Assembly (NCBI GenBank): GCA_002633005.1
Contig: NMRA01000101.1
Span: 945,549 to 1,009,548 of the forward strand
Direction of reading: 5' to 3'
Length of the DNA stretch: 64,000 bases
DNA from: Phoronis australis
Taxonomy: Eukaryota > Animalia > Phoronida
Shown here: one piece after another, positions 1 through 11,600 of the stretch
Layout of the letters: each line of letters starts with the position of its first letter
Position numbering within the stretch: the first letter of the stretch is position 1
Position numbers and translations under genes: made by a program
Notes under the pieces: model-generated
Database searches by the model: none
What the model was told of the DNA's origin: nothing
The model's input: only the letters and a program-made list of their open reading frames with translations

Positions 1-2093
1 GCGAATTGATTATATTTTGGGGGGAGGGGGCGTTTAATGATTTCATAAACTAACTTGACTTATTATGTCCACTATGATATCTATGTTGAAACCGATTAGT
101 TATGGTGCATTGGTGCACCCCAGTTGTAATACCCTCTGTCAAGGTCCACCAGTCTACAGACCGAGTCATTTGACAATAATCAAAACAGAAAGCAATGTCT
201 GGTCAAACACTAGAATGACCGACAGGGGTGTGGTAGCAGTTGAAGTTGTCCAAAAACCATAACGTATCTCTCAGTAAAGTTGCAACAAAACCTGACAAGC
301 TGTTTTGTCAATACTTGAGAGAAAGGGAAAATCTAGCCAAAAACTAAATTTAAAAATGGCCAATAGAGACTGCTGCAGACTGTATCAAGTTTTATTAAAA
401 TATGCCGAGCTGTTGGTGGACAAGCTTGTTAAAAACTAAAATAGCCAACAGGTGTTGATATGGTAGCCAAATTTGTCCAAAAATCTAATGGTGCCACAGC
501 ATACCAGCCATAAAAGGCGTTTAGCAAAAATGTGATGGACAACAGCCAACAGGGGTTGACATAGACACATAGTGAAAATGCAACAAATAGGCATTCAGAC
601 AGACAATGTGATGATTCCTCGACTTCTCATTCAATTGGTTAGACATGTTTTACAATGCCCTTGCACTTGTTTGTGCTTGTGCCATACCTGGAAATTTTGC
701 TATTCCAAATAGTCACACTGGTTTTTATGAGATGTTTGCTACCTGATATCAATACTTTTCAAGAGATGCACCTCACAAGTCAAATAAAACATTTAGTACA
801 GATAAGCCATCTTATTGTATGAAGGGGTTGATGTACAACTCACACTTCTCTAAAATATACGACGACTTCTCAGAGTTGAAAACAAAAATGGCCAGGAGTT
901 ATGAGATCTCCAATAATGATCTGTTGATGGCTTGAAAAGGTGTGGCTTGTGAGAAGAAATCAATAAGCCAAGTGTATTATGTATAAAGACTCACCCATGT
1001 AAAATCTCTAGTCAATTTCAGGAACCAGTGAGAACAGTGAACAACTAAAAATTTTTTGATAAAAAATCTGTAATTAGTGAAGTTACAAATTGTCCTGATA
1101 GAATGAGTGTCTGACCCTGACCAAGCAATACCTGTGTGCCTGGGGTTGCAAAGCCCTTTTGAGAAAATCCAGGAGGGTCAACAATTACCTTGAAAAACCA
1201 GATTACCTCCAAAAATGCATAATATTACTGTTTAGGAGTGCATTAAAAGTTTAGCTGACATTTTCTGCATAGCAAGAAAAAATTATAGGAGTACTCAAAA
1301 GACTTTCTGTAGAATATTATAATGAAACAATTTTGACTTTTAACCAGTTAATCAAATAATCTGCATATGCAAATTATCTGCATTTTTTACACGTATGACA
1401 AACACCTCATATTCACATTGCAGTTATTGAGCTATGGTTGCATATTTAAATAATCAATGAACTCCACAAGGTCCAAAGCGTTTTCAGCACAGTATGAGAC
1501 AGTTATGATTAAATAACATGACAGAATCAAACCAAACCCGTACTCGCCTGGGATATTATCCATTTTCAGCACACCAAGATTTCATAATTTTCACTTCTAA
1601 ATGCCCATGTTTGGCTGTTCACCTCATTTCAAATGACTGAGACTTGTTCAATATAAAGTGTCTGTCAGTGAAATTGTGAACGCCCATCTCAGGAGCATTT
1701 TAGCTTTAAAAATGTAACTATGCAAGTCATTTATTTTTAGAAAACCATCCACTACACTTCCACCTAGTGCCATATTTGAGCAACAAAATCCTATCATGGC
1801 AAAATGGTTCCTTTGGCTCATGTACATTCTAATATTATTGTGTGTCTGCATGTGCGTGTGCGTGTGCGTGTGCAAGTTAAAAATGGTGAAGGCATCTATA
1901 TAGATCAATCGGTCATTTGAGTAAATGTCCAAGCCAGATTTTTTTTAAACACGCTCTGTTCGTGCTCTTTTCCTGGATTAACCTTAGACGCCCAAGGTGA
2001 GTATGACATGGTATAAAGCATATCATACAAAATATGTACTGGATAGACAATATTTGCATTAAGAAACACATGCTTGTCTCAAACTAAACCTAC

Positions 2094-2222
2094 CAGACTC
2101 AACACTGCGTTGACCTCTGTATGTGTGACTTGTCATTCCATTTGACCTTCGCTTACTCATACTAAAGTCGTCATCTGAATCAGAGGCTGACTCTTCCTGC
2201 TCTGAGTCGTCTTCAAATGTTG
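2094..2222 (-). CDS. RPH3A: Rabphilin linker exon, acidic/Ser-rich (TFEDDSEQEESASDSDDDFSMSKRRS...)
   Basis: Acceptor tttgtttcag, donor G|GTAGG, 129 nt, open and phase-compatible (1-1) with the previous exon. The gene continues beyond the window; no C2 domains are visible, so RPH3A versus RPH3AL is unresolved. Confidence 0.75.
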
Positions 2223-3479
2223 CTGAAACAAAACAACCTGTTTCACATTCTACTCAGTTTACAAGGAAAACCAAAACCTGCATAGAACAGTAGCTAACAT
2301 AACATTAGAAACTGAACTATTCTGTATGATTAAATCCAGAAAAAAAATATTCTAACTATTTGTACACAAATAAATTGAAGTACCATTGTTCATAATTTGT
2401 CAACTCATGCCTTGACAAAACTAATTTAAGCACCAAGTCATTATCTGTCAAATTCTTCATTAATCACATATTAATCTCATTCATTATGGGTACAAAAATA
2501 ATGCCCAAATTTAAAAATATGGCTTGGCTATTTTTTTGAAAATACTGGAGATTGTCATGATTCCCAAATATTATTTTTTTGTGCAAGAAACTAGCAAATT
2601 CTGGTTCTAAATTTGTTTGCTACAAAAGCATCTCTGAGATTTTCTTTTAGACTATGGTCTTTTAGCTCAACTGTGGAAAATCAAGACTTCCGTCTTGACT
2701 ACACAGTTCTTTGCTGAAAAGGTTTTAAAATAAAATGGCAGATTACTTTGGCCAAAATGCAGCATACTTAGTCCTGGTCTGTGCCTGCATCATTTTTGAA
2801 GACGCATAATCACCACTTAAAAACAGTTGAGAAAGTAAATCTTAGCATACATAATAGTGTTACTTTCATTAAAAATCATCACAGTTACAAACAAGAGAAA
2901 GTGAAAATTATATAACATAAAGCATATGCACGTGTTCTGTCTGTGACTTAAAGACCAGGATCTGGGCCTAATTCCGCTATCAAAACTAGTATGCCCGGCC
3001 TTGGCTAAAGCCAAATTGGCATATCCGGCGTTGATCTACCAATCATATTGGGTGATGATCTACCCATCATATCGAGTGATGATCTAAAAATCATATTGGG
3101 TAGTGATGATCTACCAATCACACCGAATTCTATCATGATTACCACCTTTTTTACCAGACCAAAACTTAATGATTTGAGCCTAGGACCTGGTTCTTAGTTT
3201 GAGCAGAATAAAAAAGCATTGCCACACAACATTACTAATCAGTTGAATTCTTGTTTTCAAAGCACCAATTTTCAAAACAACAACTAAACTACCAAATATG
3301 TTTTTCACCCATCCTAATGCGATAGTTAACATTTTTGTAGGGAAACAGACTATCAAGTTTGAAGGGTACATGGAACCCCAGCAATGGTGACATCCAGGGG
3401 TAAGGCATTTGAGAACCTGTCAGTTGTGTGCCCTACATTCAGTGAAGAAAGCATTGCTATGACATGTTAATAATATTAC

Positions 3480-3657
3480 CTCCACCATGCTGTTTATGTC
3501 TGCTCCATGTGTTGTATGCACGACTTGAACTTGATGAACCAGGTCGTGACCTGTTCAATGTCTGGTCGGAGCCATAGATCTGTGAATCCCAGGACTTTGT
3601 GGGTAATATGTACTTGGGGAGACCTCTGAAGAACCAGGCACCTGACCTCTTCCACAA
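3480..3657 (-). CDS. RPH3A: Rabphilin exon with SGAWFF motif (LWKRSGAWFFRGLPKYILP...)
   Basis: Contains the diagnostic SGAWFF Rab3-binding element of rabphilin/Noc2. 178 nt, phase 0-1. Confidence 0.93.
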
Positions 3658-3998
3658 CTAAGTACAATGGGAGACATGTGAGGGAAACAGTGCTGGACAC
3701 AGACATAACCTCTCAGCTCCATTCTCTTTTAAGCAGCCAATTAGCATCTGTACAATGTAACAAGGCAATGACAACTGTAACAAGACTACTGCTGTGAGCA
3801 CACCATGAACATACCGTCTCCACAATTCACTGCAACCCTATAAACTGTTAGTAAAAGAAGAGGCATTCTTTCAGGATAAAATTGAAGAGCAGCAACTCAG
3901 GCAAAAAGTAGGCTGCTTCCAATAGTAACTAGCTAACTGAGGGTGTTTACCGCTGCTTTCAACTGTAATTTGAATAAGTCAGCAAAAGCTGTACTCAC

Positions 3999-4085
3999 CT
4001 CTCGCTTCTCACTGCATAACTTACATAACCACAGTGGATGACGCTGACAGTTGAGTGTGTCCACACCACACTTACCACAGACTGC
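3999..4085 (-). CDS. RPH3A: Rabphilin exon, zinc finger (AVCGKCGVDTLNCQRHPLWLCKLCSEKRE)
   Basis: VCxKCG and WLCKxC motifs. Acceptor ttgcag, donor GAG|GTGAGT, 87 nt, phase 0-0. Confidence 0.93.
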
Positions 4086-4424
4086 CTGCAACAGACAGAG
4101 AAACGCAACATGAATCAAACGATGGAAAATTGCCGATGCTAGTAGACAAAGTTATCCTAAAACAGGTTGAACTTTTGAGCATGCCAACAAAAAATCACGT
4201 ATTTTGCATCAATTCAGCTCAACTAGTCCCATTTGATAACTGCATGTTGTTCAGTTCTTATACCTGACACTAGATGTCAGGCAAAGGCGCCGCCATTGCC
4301 ACAACTTTAGCTTTGATATCTTCACAGTTGGTCTAGCTTTGATATCTTCACAATTGGTCTACAACTCAAAGACTGCAAACCAATAGCTGATTTTCAAAAT
4401 ATCAGCGACATATTGAAATTAATG

Positions 4425-4640
4425 ACCCGCCAGATGGCGATCAGGTCTTTGGTGGAAAGGCGTTCGTTGCCACTTACACATGGTGATCCGCGGCTGACGG
4501 AAGGATTCAACCTGCTGGTATAAACAGTTTTTTACCTCCTTTTCTGCTATTATAATACAGGCAAATTTCCACTGCTGTGTAGTGGGATGTACCAATGCCT
4601 TAGGCAAACTTTTTAAAATATCAATGGATGAACAAGAGCA
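4425..4640 (+). mobile_element. THAP-domain DNA transposon relic, second copy
   Basis: Shares CCGCCAGATGGCGATCAGGTCT and downstream sequence with 19920-20160; reads QANFHCCVVGCTNA. Confidence 0.55.
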
Positions 4641-5435
4641 TCATTACCATCAATCAGTTGGACACATCCCAATTTATATTAAAAAGTTATTAGTTGCTAA
4701 AATTCTGTGTACAATTCTCATTTGAAACCATCTGAGTCTAACAGACTCGGGATTAATCAGAAGTCATTTTTGTGTTCTTATCATTCTAGAGATCGAGTGC
4801 CAATATGAAAAGTTCAAATGTGGCATACTTGACTAAGGACTTCTGCTTCCTGTCTGTGGAAGAGCCTAATGACCACATATACACAGCAGAGTTCTCAAAA
4901 GTTTCAAATCAAGTGTTTTGTGCAATGGGCCAACCTGTGTGGCCTGCATACATACGATGCTATTGGTATGGGATCACCTGCACACATACGATGCTATTGG
5001 TATGGGATCTCATGCATTTTTTTTTTGACTTCTAGCTGTTTCCACATGACGTATAGTTGCTTTGTAACAAGTCATTCCATGTCAAGACGTATAGTTGCTC
5101 TGTAACAACTCATTCCATGTCAAGTCTATTACTAAATTGCAGTCAAAGGGGGATATTTTTTTGAAGGCCTTGTGTCTTCAAATTTGAAGAATTAAGAATA
5201 TCGTTTTTAAAAAAGTCTACTGAGTGCATCAAGTATGACAAATTAATGAGCCTGGCTTCAAAAAAGTAATAAACATTCCACTTTTATGTTATCTAGGAGC
5301 TAATGAATTTAATTCCTTACAGCATTTTTAAGACATAACATAAAGTTTTCATTAAAGATTTTTAGTAAAATTGACTGGGGGTTATCTTGATACGAATATA
5401 CCTTTCTTGCAAATGACTTAAAAAATGTGGTCATG

Positions 5436-6447
5436 CATAGGCGGATTTAGGGGGGGGGCCCAGGGGGCCCGGGACCCCCCCCTTGGCTGCCACAAAAAAA
5501 ATAAAACAGCAAGAGCGTAGGGAAATGTTGAGTTTATTAATTAACCCCGATAATTAAAATTATACGGATGAAACAAGATTTAAATGTGTGCAGTTTTAGG
5601 GTTGGGGTGGGGGGGCTCAGATCCAATTTCAGGTGTCAAATTCGGAACGCGGCTTATTCGTAACGGAAGTATAGCTAAGTATAGGCTCTCCCGCGATATC
5701 CCAGGCGACCGGCAGTGGCGCTGCGCACTACGACTCCAGTTCCGTCGTCTGCTTCACTGTGCAACAAAGAAAATTTACTTCATTTTTTAAAGAAAATGGA
5801 ACCTGAGCGACGATGAAAACAGAATCTGCTGGTAAGATGTGAATTTAAATCGAAGCCTTAGTGAATCACTCAGAAACTCATAATTCTCTCTTTGTCAAAA
5901 TGACTTTTAAGTCTTAAAAGACGATTTCCTAAGCAACCCGTCATTATTGCCAACACGAAAAACGGATTTGGTCTTTTGGGCATTTGAAGAGTATTTTAAA
6001 TACAACAAATTTGTTAAGAACCGATTGCACAAAATATAAAACATGTTATAAACATTACAAAAAGAAGTAAGTTTCGCGCGCAAACGCTATGAACCATAAA
6101 CAAGTAGGTTTCTTAGTATAACTATAGCAGAGAAGTCGTGGTGGTGTAGTGGTAACGCACGTGCTCGCTAACTGCCAGGTCGCGAGTTCGAGTCTCTGGT
6201 ACGTGTAGTTTTCCTGATTTGATACGTTCTTCGTTTTTTTTTTCTTGGATAATTCTTCAGGAATCAAGGAAAATGCTTGATTTTTGGAGGAAAAAACAGA
6301 AAAATTTCCTTGGCGAGAGGGGGGCAAACCCCCCCTTCCGACCTGCCCCCTTCGGTGCTATGCGCGTCTACAATCGTGGTTTGCGCAAATGCTTACAGCC
6401 GGACAAAATGTTGGCCCCCCCCTTGTGATATCCTAGATCTGCCACTG
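5436..6447 (+). mobile_element. Non-autonomous DNA transposon (MITE family A), copy 1
   Basis: Imperfect TIRs CATAGGCGGATTTAGG / CCTAGATCTGCCACTG with a 5-bp TSD TCATG. Homologous to copies at 9543 and 28884. Confidence 0.9.
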
Positions 6448-6663
6448 TCATGTGACAATAATAAAGACACAGTAGTAAGAAGCATATTTTTAGAATTATC
6501 AATCTTTCTCATTTCAGATATTAATAATCAATACTGTGGTTGACAAAACATACTATCAGCTTTTTCGATATCTAACTTGAAGTTGAGGTCGTTTATTAAG
6601 GTCCTAGATAACTAAAAGCGATTCACAGCCATCAACCACTGAATTGATTATCCCTGTCATTAC

Positions 6664-6793
6664 CTTGCCACAGTCATCACAATAGGTAATGTTGGAGCTC
6701 AGCAGCCCAAACTCATCCCCACACAAGATGCACTGACTCTGACCATTACCCATGGCGTTCTTCTTCATGTTTTCCAAACGTTCCACCAGTCGA
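6664..6793 (-). CDS. RPH3A: Rabphilin exon, start of FYVE-like zinc finger (RLVERLENMKKNAMGNGQSQCILCGDEFGLLSSNITYCDDCGK)
   Basis: Resembles rabphilin RLVDRLENM...CILCG...CEDC. Acceptor tttcag, donor AAG|GTAAT, 130 nt. Confidence 0.93.
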
Positions 6794-6957
6794 CTGAAAC
6801 GAAAACATAATTGAACATGAGTAATGTGGCATCTTAATTAAGTATAATTAAGATGAATGACAAGGACACGTGATTCCTTTTAAAGTGAAAGTGCTCTGAG
6901 AAGCGACACATCAAACGTAAATTAGAAGCGAGGACGACAACCAAAGAAAGAACACCC

Positions 6958-7135
6958 ATGATCACAACCCTAACACCAACGATCACAACCCTAACACCAA
7001 CGATCACAACCACCAACGATCACAACCATAACACCAACGATCACAACCATAACACCAACGATCACAACCATAACACCAACAATCACAACCATAACACCAA
7101 CGATCACAACCATAACACCAACGATCACAACCACA
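6958..7135. repeat. 21-bp minisatellite (CACCAACGATCACAACCATAA), about 8 copies
   Basis: Direct inspection; accounts for the repetitive ORFs here. Confidence 0.95.
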
Positions 7136-9542
7136 AATGATGACCAAGACAACACTGATGATGGTAGCAAGAATAACACTGACAAAATTGAACAAACGAT
7201 CAGTCATTCAACCACGAGACAATTCATACTTTATGTCCAACAACTCGTCACTGTCGGACCTTAGACATCAGAATTATGTATCATGCATACAGCTACAATG
7301 AGAATTGTGCATTATAGTATAGTTCATAATGCGAGCTGGAAGGAATTTATGTCATTTGTGTAGTTATGACGTATCTACAATCATCTTCAATTCAGCAAGA
7401 TTTCGGCTGTCATAAACATAAGTTTTGATTTGCTAGTTAGGACACTGTTATGATGTTTTCAGTCAAGGTTTAAGTCCATGATTTTAACCTTTAAAAATTG
7501 ATCGTCGTTAGTTGGGATTTGAAATGCATACATTTGCTTTGAATAAACTGATTTTTGAGAGCAGAAATTCATTTGACTCAAACCCACCATGCAGCCACAA
7601 AAATGTCATACCTAGCATTTAGAATGGCCAGATGTGCACCAGAGGATGCAATACATCAATTTTAATCGGCTTATCTCCCTGACTGTTAAAGGTTTATGAA
7701 TTGATTTGAGGTCCTGGTGATTTTGTCTGTATTCATTGATAACCTGAATTTAATGCACATCTAAATGTTTAGTAGGAGCTTGAAGTTGTATTTTCTTTAA
7801 CCTCCGTGCATGGTTATATTAAAACTATATAAGAAAGATGTATTTTAATCTGCTCCATTTGTAGATGTCCACACCTTGTCGATTTATAGCGGAGAATGAT
7901 GTAGCCCCTTTAATTGACCACAAAAGTTTATACCTAGGCTAACAAGTTAAGGATGAAGCTGGTACTCAGCTGAAGTACAGTAACTTATCGTCGTCATTCT
8001 CCATTGCCTGCGGAACTATCAGATTTCATGGAACTAGAGGCAGGTTGAGAATAGACCACTGATTCAAAGTTAGAAAGGTTAAAATAAGTATTCACATAAA
8101 AAATAACGGGCGTAAAAAAGCGCACACGTTCATTTAGATACACACGTAAGGTCAGGCATGAGGTTGCGTTTCCTCTTCCCGCGCACAGGTACTAAACAAA
8201 ATACACTATTTGGTTTCAATGTACACAGCTTGGTGATGGCAAATCATACTGGGACGCCTCAGCAGATTGACTATACATGAATGCAATTCTGTGTGATGTC
8301 GTTTAGCAATACTTTTTTCAGTATTTGATATCGTGTTACATACCCTCTGCGAAATCTCTCTATTGTTTAACACAACAGAGATACCGGTATAGCAAGAATT
8401 GTGTAAAATGTAAAATATATATACCGGTAGCAGAAATTGTGTATTTGAAACATAGATATAACAGGAATTGTGTTGTAACGTAAATATCGCAAGCATTGTG
8501 TATAATAATTTAGAAATCGCAAGAATTGTGTATTATAATGGATATGAGGTAACCACAACTGGACGAGTCTGTGTCCCAAAGAGTTTTATTGGTGAATTTT
8601 TTTAACTTAATTAATGACTTGTCTTTTTTCAAAATAAGTTAATGCAAAAAATATAATATGCTTTAAGCCACAAAATATCTCATAGTGTTGCTTTTGACAT
8701 GAAACGTTGTCCATATAAGCGACAGCTCTTGCTCCTGATCCCTTTAAAATACTGAATTATGAAATAACTTTTTCTTTCAAATTTCAAAAAAAAATATATA
8801 GTTTTGACAAATAGTAACAGTCATACTACAGGTGAAACTGGTGCACATTAAACAATAGTTCTCATTCTACCTAAATACAGTATTCAAATTAAACACACAA
8901 AGTGAGCTAACTACACAAGGGGTTGGCTGACTACTTAATGAGACTGAGCTCTTCGTGGCCAACTAATTCATCAAGCTCATAAGAGAACAATGAAAGTTAT
9001 TAGCAACGATCTTACTGTAGCCCTAATTACTTACTCAAGGAGATGTGAGAATCGATTTTTTCACTCTCAGCAATACATAAATTTGATTTACTAAACAGTT
9101 ACTTCTTCTGAGATTGGCATTCATTACTTGAACACAACAGACGTGAAAGAAAAAAATGTTAAAATCAATACTGACAATATGTTGAGACAGGCAAAAGTTG
9201 ACAGATGAATTTCATATTGAAACATTCTCATGAGCTTCATCAGAATAGGCCTCGATTTTGTGACCTGCGGATTTTGTTTAATAGCCACCTGGTAAAAACA
9301 GTCGTCACGTCACACCTGAGCGTGTACTCAGAGAAATGGTCGATTTTGAAAGCCGTGGAAAATAAATGATCGAAACAGTTTTATCTGCAAAAACTGCGAT
9401 ATATTCTTTTACATGTAAACATGCAATCCTCAGTTACATTGATGGCATTGAGTAGGTCTGACGAAGTGCGCATCAGAATCAATTTCAACTATTGCATTAA
9501 AGTTTATTGTTTATCAGAATGAATAACTCATCCAAATCTATG

Positions 9543-10482
9543 CATAGGCGGATTTAGGGGGGGGGCCCAGGGGGCCCGGGCCCCCCCCCTTGGCTGCCGC
9601 AAAAAAATAAAACAGTAAGAGCGTAGGGAAATGTTGAGTTAATCAATTAACCCCGGTAATTAAAATTATACGGATGAAAAAAGATTTAAATGTGTGCAGT
9701 TTTAGTGTTGGGGGGGGGGCTCAAATCCAATTTCAAGTGTCAAATTCGGAACACGGCGCATTCGTAACGGAACTATGGCTAAGTATAGGCTCTCCCGCGA
9801 TATCCCAGGCGACCGGCAGTGGCGCTGCNGAAAATGGAACCTGAGTGACGATGAAAAAACAGAAGCTGCTGGTAAGATGGGAATTTTAATCGAAGCCTTA
9901 GTGAATCACTCAGAAACTCGCAATACTCTCTTTGTCAAACCTTATGTTAAGACGATTTCCAAAGCAATCCCGTCATTATTGCCAACACGAAAAACGGATT
10001 TGGTCTTTTGGGCATTTGAAGACTATTTTAAATACGACAAATTTGTTAAGAATCGATGGCAAAAACGTGTAATAAGCATTACAAAAAGTAGTAGTTTTCG
10101 CGCGCAAACGCTGTGGACCATAAACAAGTAGGTCTCTTAGTAAGGTATAAGTAGTTAAGTTGTGGTGGTGTAGTGGTAACGCACGCGCGCTCTATGCGCA
10201 AGGTCGTGAGTTCGAGTCTTTGGTACTTGCAGTTTTTCCTGTTTGACATGTTCTCCGTGATTTTGTTTGCCTTTTTTTCTTGGATAATACTTCAGGAATC
10301 AAGGGAAATACTTCATTTTTAGAGGTAAAAACAGAAAAATTTCCTGGGCGGGAGTGGGGCACTCCCGACCTCCCCCCATTCGGTGCTATGCGCATCTACA
10401 ATCGTGGTTCAGTTTGCGCAAATGTTTACAGCCGGACAAGATGTTGGGCCCCCCCCCTTGTGATATCCTAGATCCGCCACTG
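9543..10482 (+). mobile_element. MITE family A, copy 2
   Basis: Same termini, TSD CTATG. A single N at 9829 replaces about 65 bp present in the other copies. Confidence 0.9.
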
Positions 10483-10737
10483 CTATGTAATAACTTTTAA
10501 GAACAATCATGTATTGTTTGAAATTCAACAGCGAAGGAAGACACATATTCATTTAGACAAGTACATGGTGATACACTTAATTAACGCTTCCACTGATCGA
10601 TGACATTAGAGCTGCTAGCTGATGAGAAAAATGACAGCTAATTGAAATCAATGATGTCACTTTTCCAAAGTGAGGCGAATGTTGCAACACAGAACAACAG
10701 CATTGCCAGCAGATCCTCAACAACAACAACAGCCCTC

Positions 10738-10968
10738 GGTGATCAACAACCAATCTCACAATTGATCAAAAACCAACCGAACGATGCGATCAACAACCAA
10801 TCCAACCTCGTGATCAACAACCAACCCAACTGGACCATCAACCACCAACCCAGCCACGTGATCAACAACGAAACTAACCATGCGATCAGCAACCAATCCC
10901 AACAATGTGATCAACAACCAACCCAACCATGCGATCAACAATCAACCCAACCATGTGATCAACAACAC
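10738..10968. repeat. Degenerate 24-bp minisatellite (GATCAACAACCAACCCAACCATGT)
   Basis: GATCAAC recurs with a ~24-bp period. Confidence 0.85.
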
Positions 10969-11280
10969 ATAATCGACTATATGACATATTGCAATCTTTG
11001 AATTGTTTCACACTATTAAAAAGATTAGTGGTTCAGTGTAGCTACTAAAAATCAGACAATTAGGATGTTTTGTGGTTTAATTTGTCATTATATGAAACAT
11101 ATATATGAAGTTTGTGTAGACGATTTAAATGTCTTAGATGCATCTTGAGCTGTTAAGTCTTTGAGTAAATAATTTTGTCAGTTTTATCTTGATGAAGAAA
11201 TATGCAGTGTATAATGGCTGGCTTTAAACGTTTGTGCTGAGTGGTGTGAAACAAGAAATCAAAAATGAAAGCGCTCCGAG

Positions 11281-11600
11281 GAGCGACACTTGGCGAAATT
11301 AACCAAAAAGATGACGATACAGATGATGACAAAGATGACGAATATGAAGACGATGGTGGAGAGGATGAACAACAGAAGTAATAATAACATACACATGACG
11401 AACGTAGAAGTTCGAAATCAGTAAGAAACAGGCGACAGTCTTGAGCGACACTTGGCGAAATTAACTGAAAAGACAACGACGGAGATGATGAAGAAGATGG
11501 TGACGAAGATGACGAATATGATGGAGGTGGCGATGATGAACAACATCACAACATTCATATGACGAACTTAGATGTCATACATCAATAAGAAATAGGCTAC
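11281..11600. repeat. Two ~162-bp tandem units rich in GAT/GAC triplets
   Basis: GAGCGACACTTGGCGAAATTAAC occurs at 11281 and 11443. Confidence 0.75.

Noticed and set aside
6135-6205. Possible tRNA gene
   Set aside because: There is no complementary acceptor stem or conserved anticodon arm, and it is embedded in all three MITE copies; treated as a tRNA-derived segment.
6834-7207. Repetitive ORFs (NDHNHNT, CDRWCYG), and similar ones at 10642-11001, 11153-11476 and 17302-17717
   Set aside because: They are by-products of tandem or low-complexity repeats, with no supporting splice structure.
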